Positions 26,584-26,762 of a stretch of 26,762 nucleotides of DNA are shown here, piece by piece. The stretch's first letter is position 1; each line of letters begins with the position of its first letter. The notes beneath the pieces are model-generated. The model did no database searches. It was not told where the DNA came from and saw only the letters and a list, made by a program, of their open reading frames with translations. Source of the stretch: an uncultured Acidobacteriota bacterium (GTDB lineage: Bacteria; Acidobacteriota; Thermoanaerobaculia; UBA5066; Gp7-AA6); assembly GCA_963764715.1 (NCBI GenBank), contig CAVXTP010000005.1, positions 1-26,762 of the forward strand. The letters are read 5' to 3'. The position numbers and the translations under genes are program-made.

Positions 26584-26762
26584 TTACGCGCGGAAGGCTT
26601 GCTCCGCCTCGCTTCGAAGCCGGTCCTCCTGCTTGCGGTAGCGGGCCGAGAAGTGGAAAGGGACAAATCGGGCAACACCTGCTCGCATTGCGATATCGCC
26701 AGCTTGACGCGCCGTCAGATGTCGCCTCTGTGCAGCAATATCCGCATCTGCATCGAGGAAAG
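26584..26762 (-). CDS. 3' end of a ribonuclease Z-like MBL-fold protein (start outside the window)
   Basis: Manual translation: [65 protein letters not shown] and HFSARY are RNase Z motifs. Confidence 0.8.
   Translation of the reverse strand, partial: FLDADADIAAQRRHLTARQAGDIAMRAGVARFVPFHFSARYRKQEDRLRSEAEQAFRA

Noticed and set aside
24828-26762. Genomic island integrated at tRNA-Asn
   Set aside because: The low-GC DNA lies on the 5' side of the tRNA, about 400 nt away inside another gene. No integrase or duplicated tRNA 3' end was seen.

Overview
High-GC bacterial chromosomal window. The gene families and the Cys-containing SLH-like proteins suggest Acidobacteriota, possibly Thermoanaerobaculia-like (inference only). 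The left half (minus strand) carries a Tat-lipoprotein sugar-type ABC transporter, acs, a GT39/ArnT-like membrane glycosyltransferase, an EAL protein, Hsp15 and a small CPCC protein. A frameshifted C-terminal remnant of an ScfR/RamB-family regulator sits inside the ABC cluster. On the plus strand a putative operon begins with a CxxC thioredoxin-fold protein whose UGA 'stop' very likely encodes selenocysteine (PG-U-GSRN followed by a SECIS-like hairpin). It continues with an AAA+ ATPase, a REP doublet, an HpcH aldolase and a VWA protein. Next come three tandem secreted proteins sharing a Cys-paired SLH-like C-terminal module, an OmpA lipoprotein, a PD40 propeller, ybaL and tRNA-Asn(GTT). At about 25321 an abrupt junction joins a truncated TM-type tRNase Z to a lower-GC, indel-rich segment (radical SAM fragment, DUF62 fragment, second RNase Z-like 3' end), which may be a chimeric or low-coverage assembly end. 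Six genes have a TAnnnT -10 box 7-10 nt before the start codon, suggesting frequent leaderless mRNAs. All family calls come from motif recognition; no searches were run.
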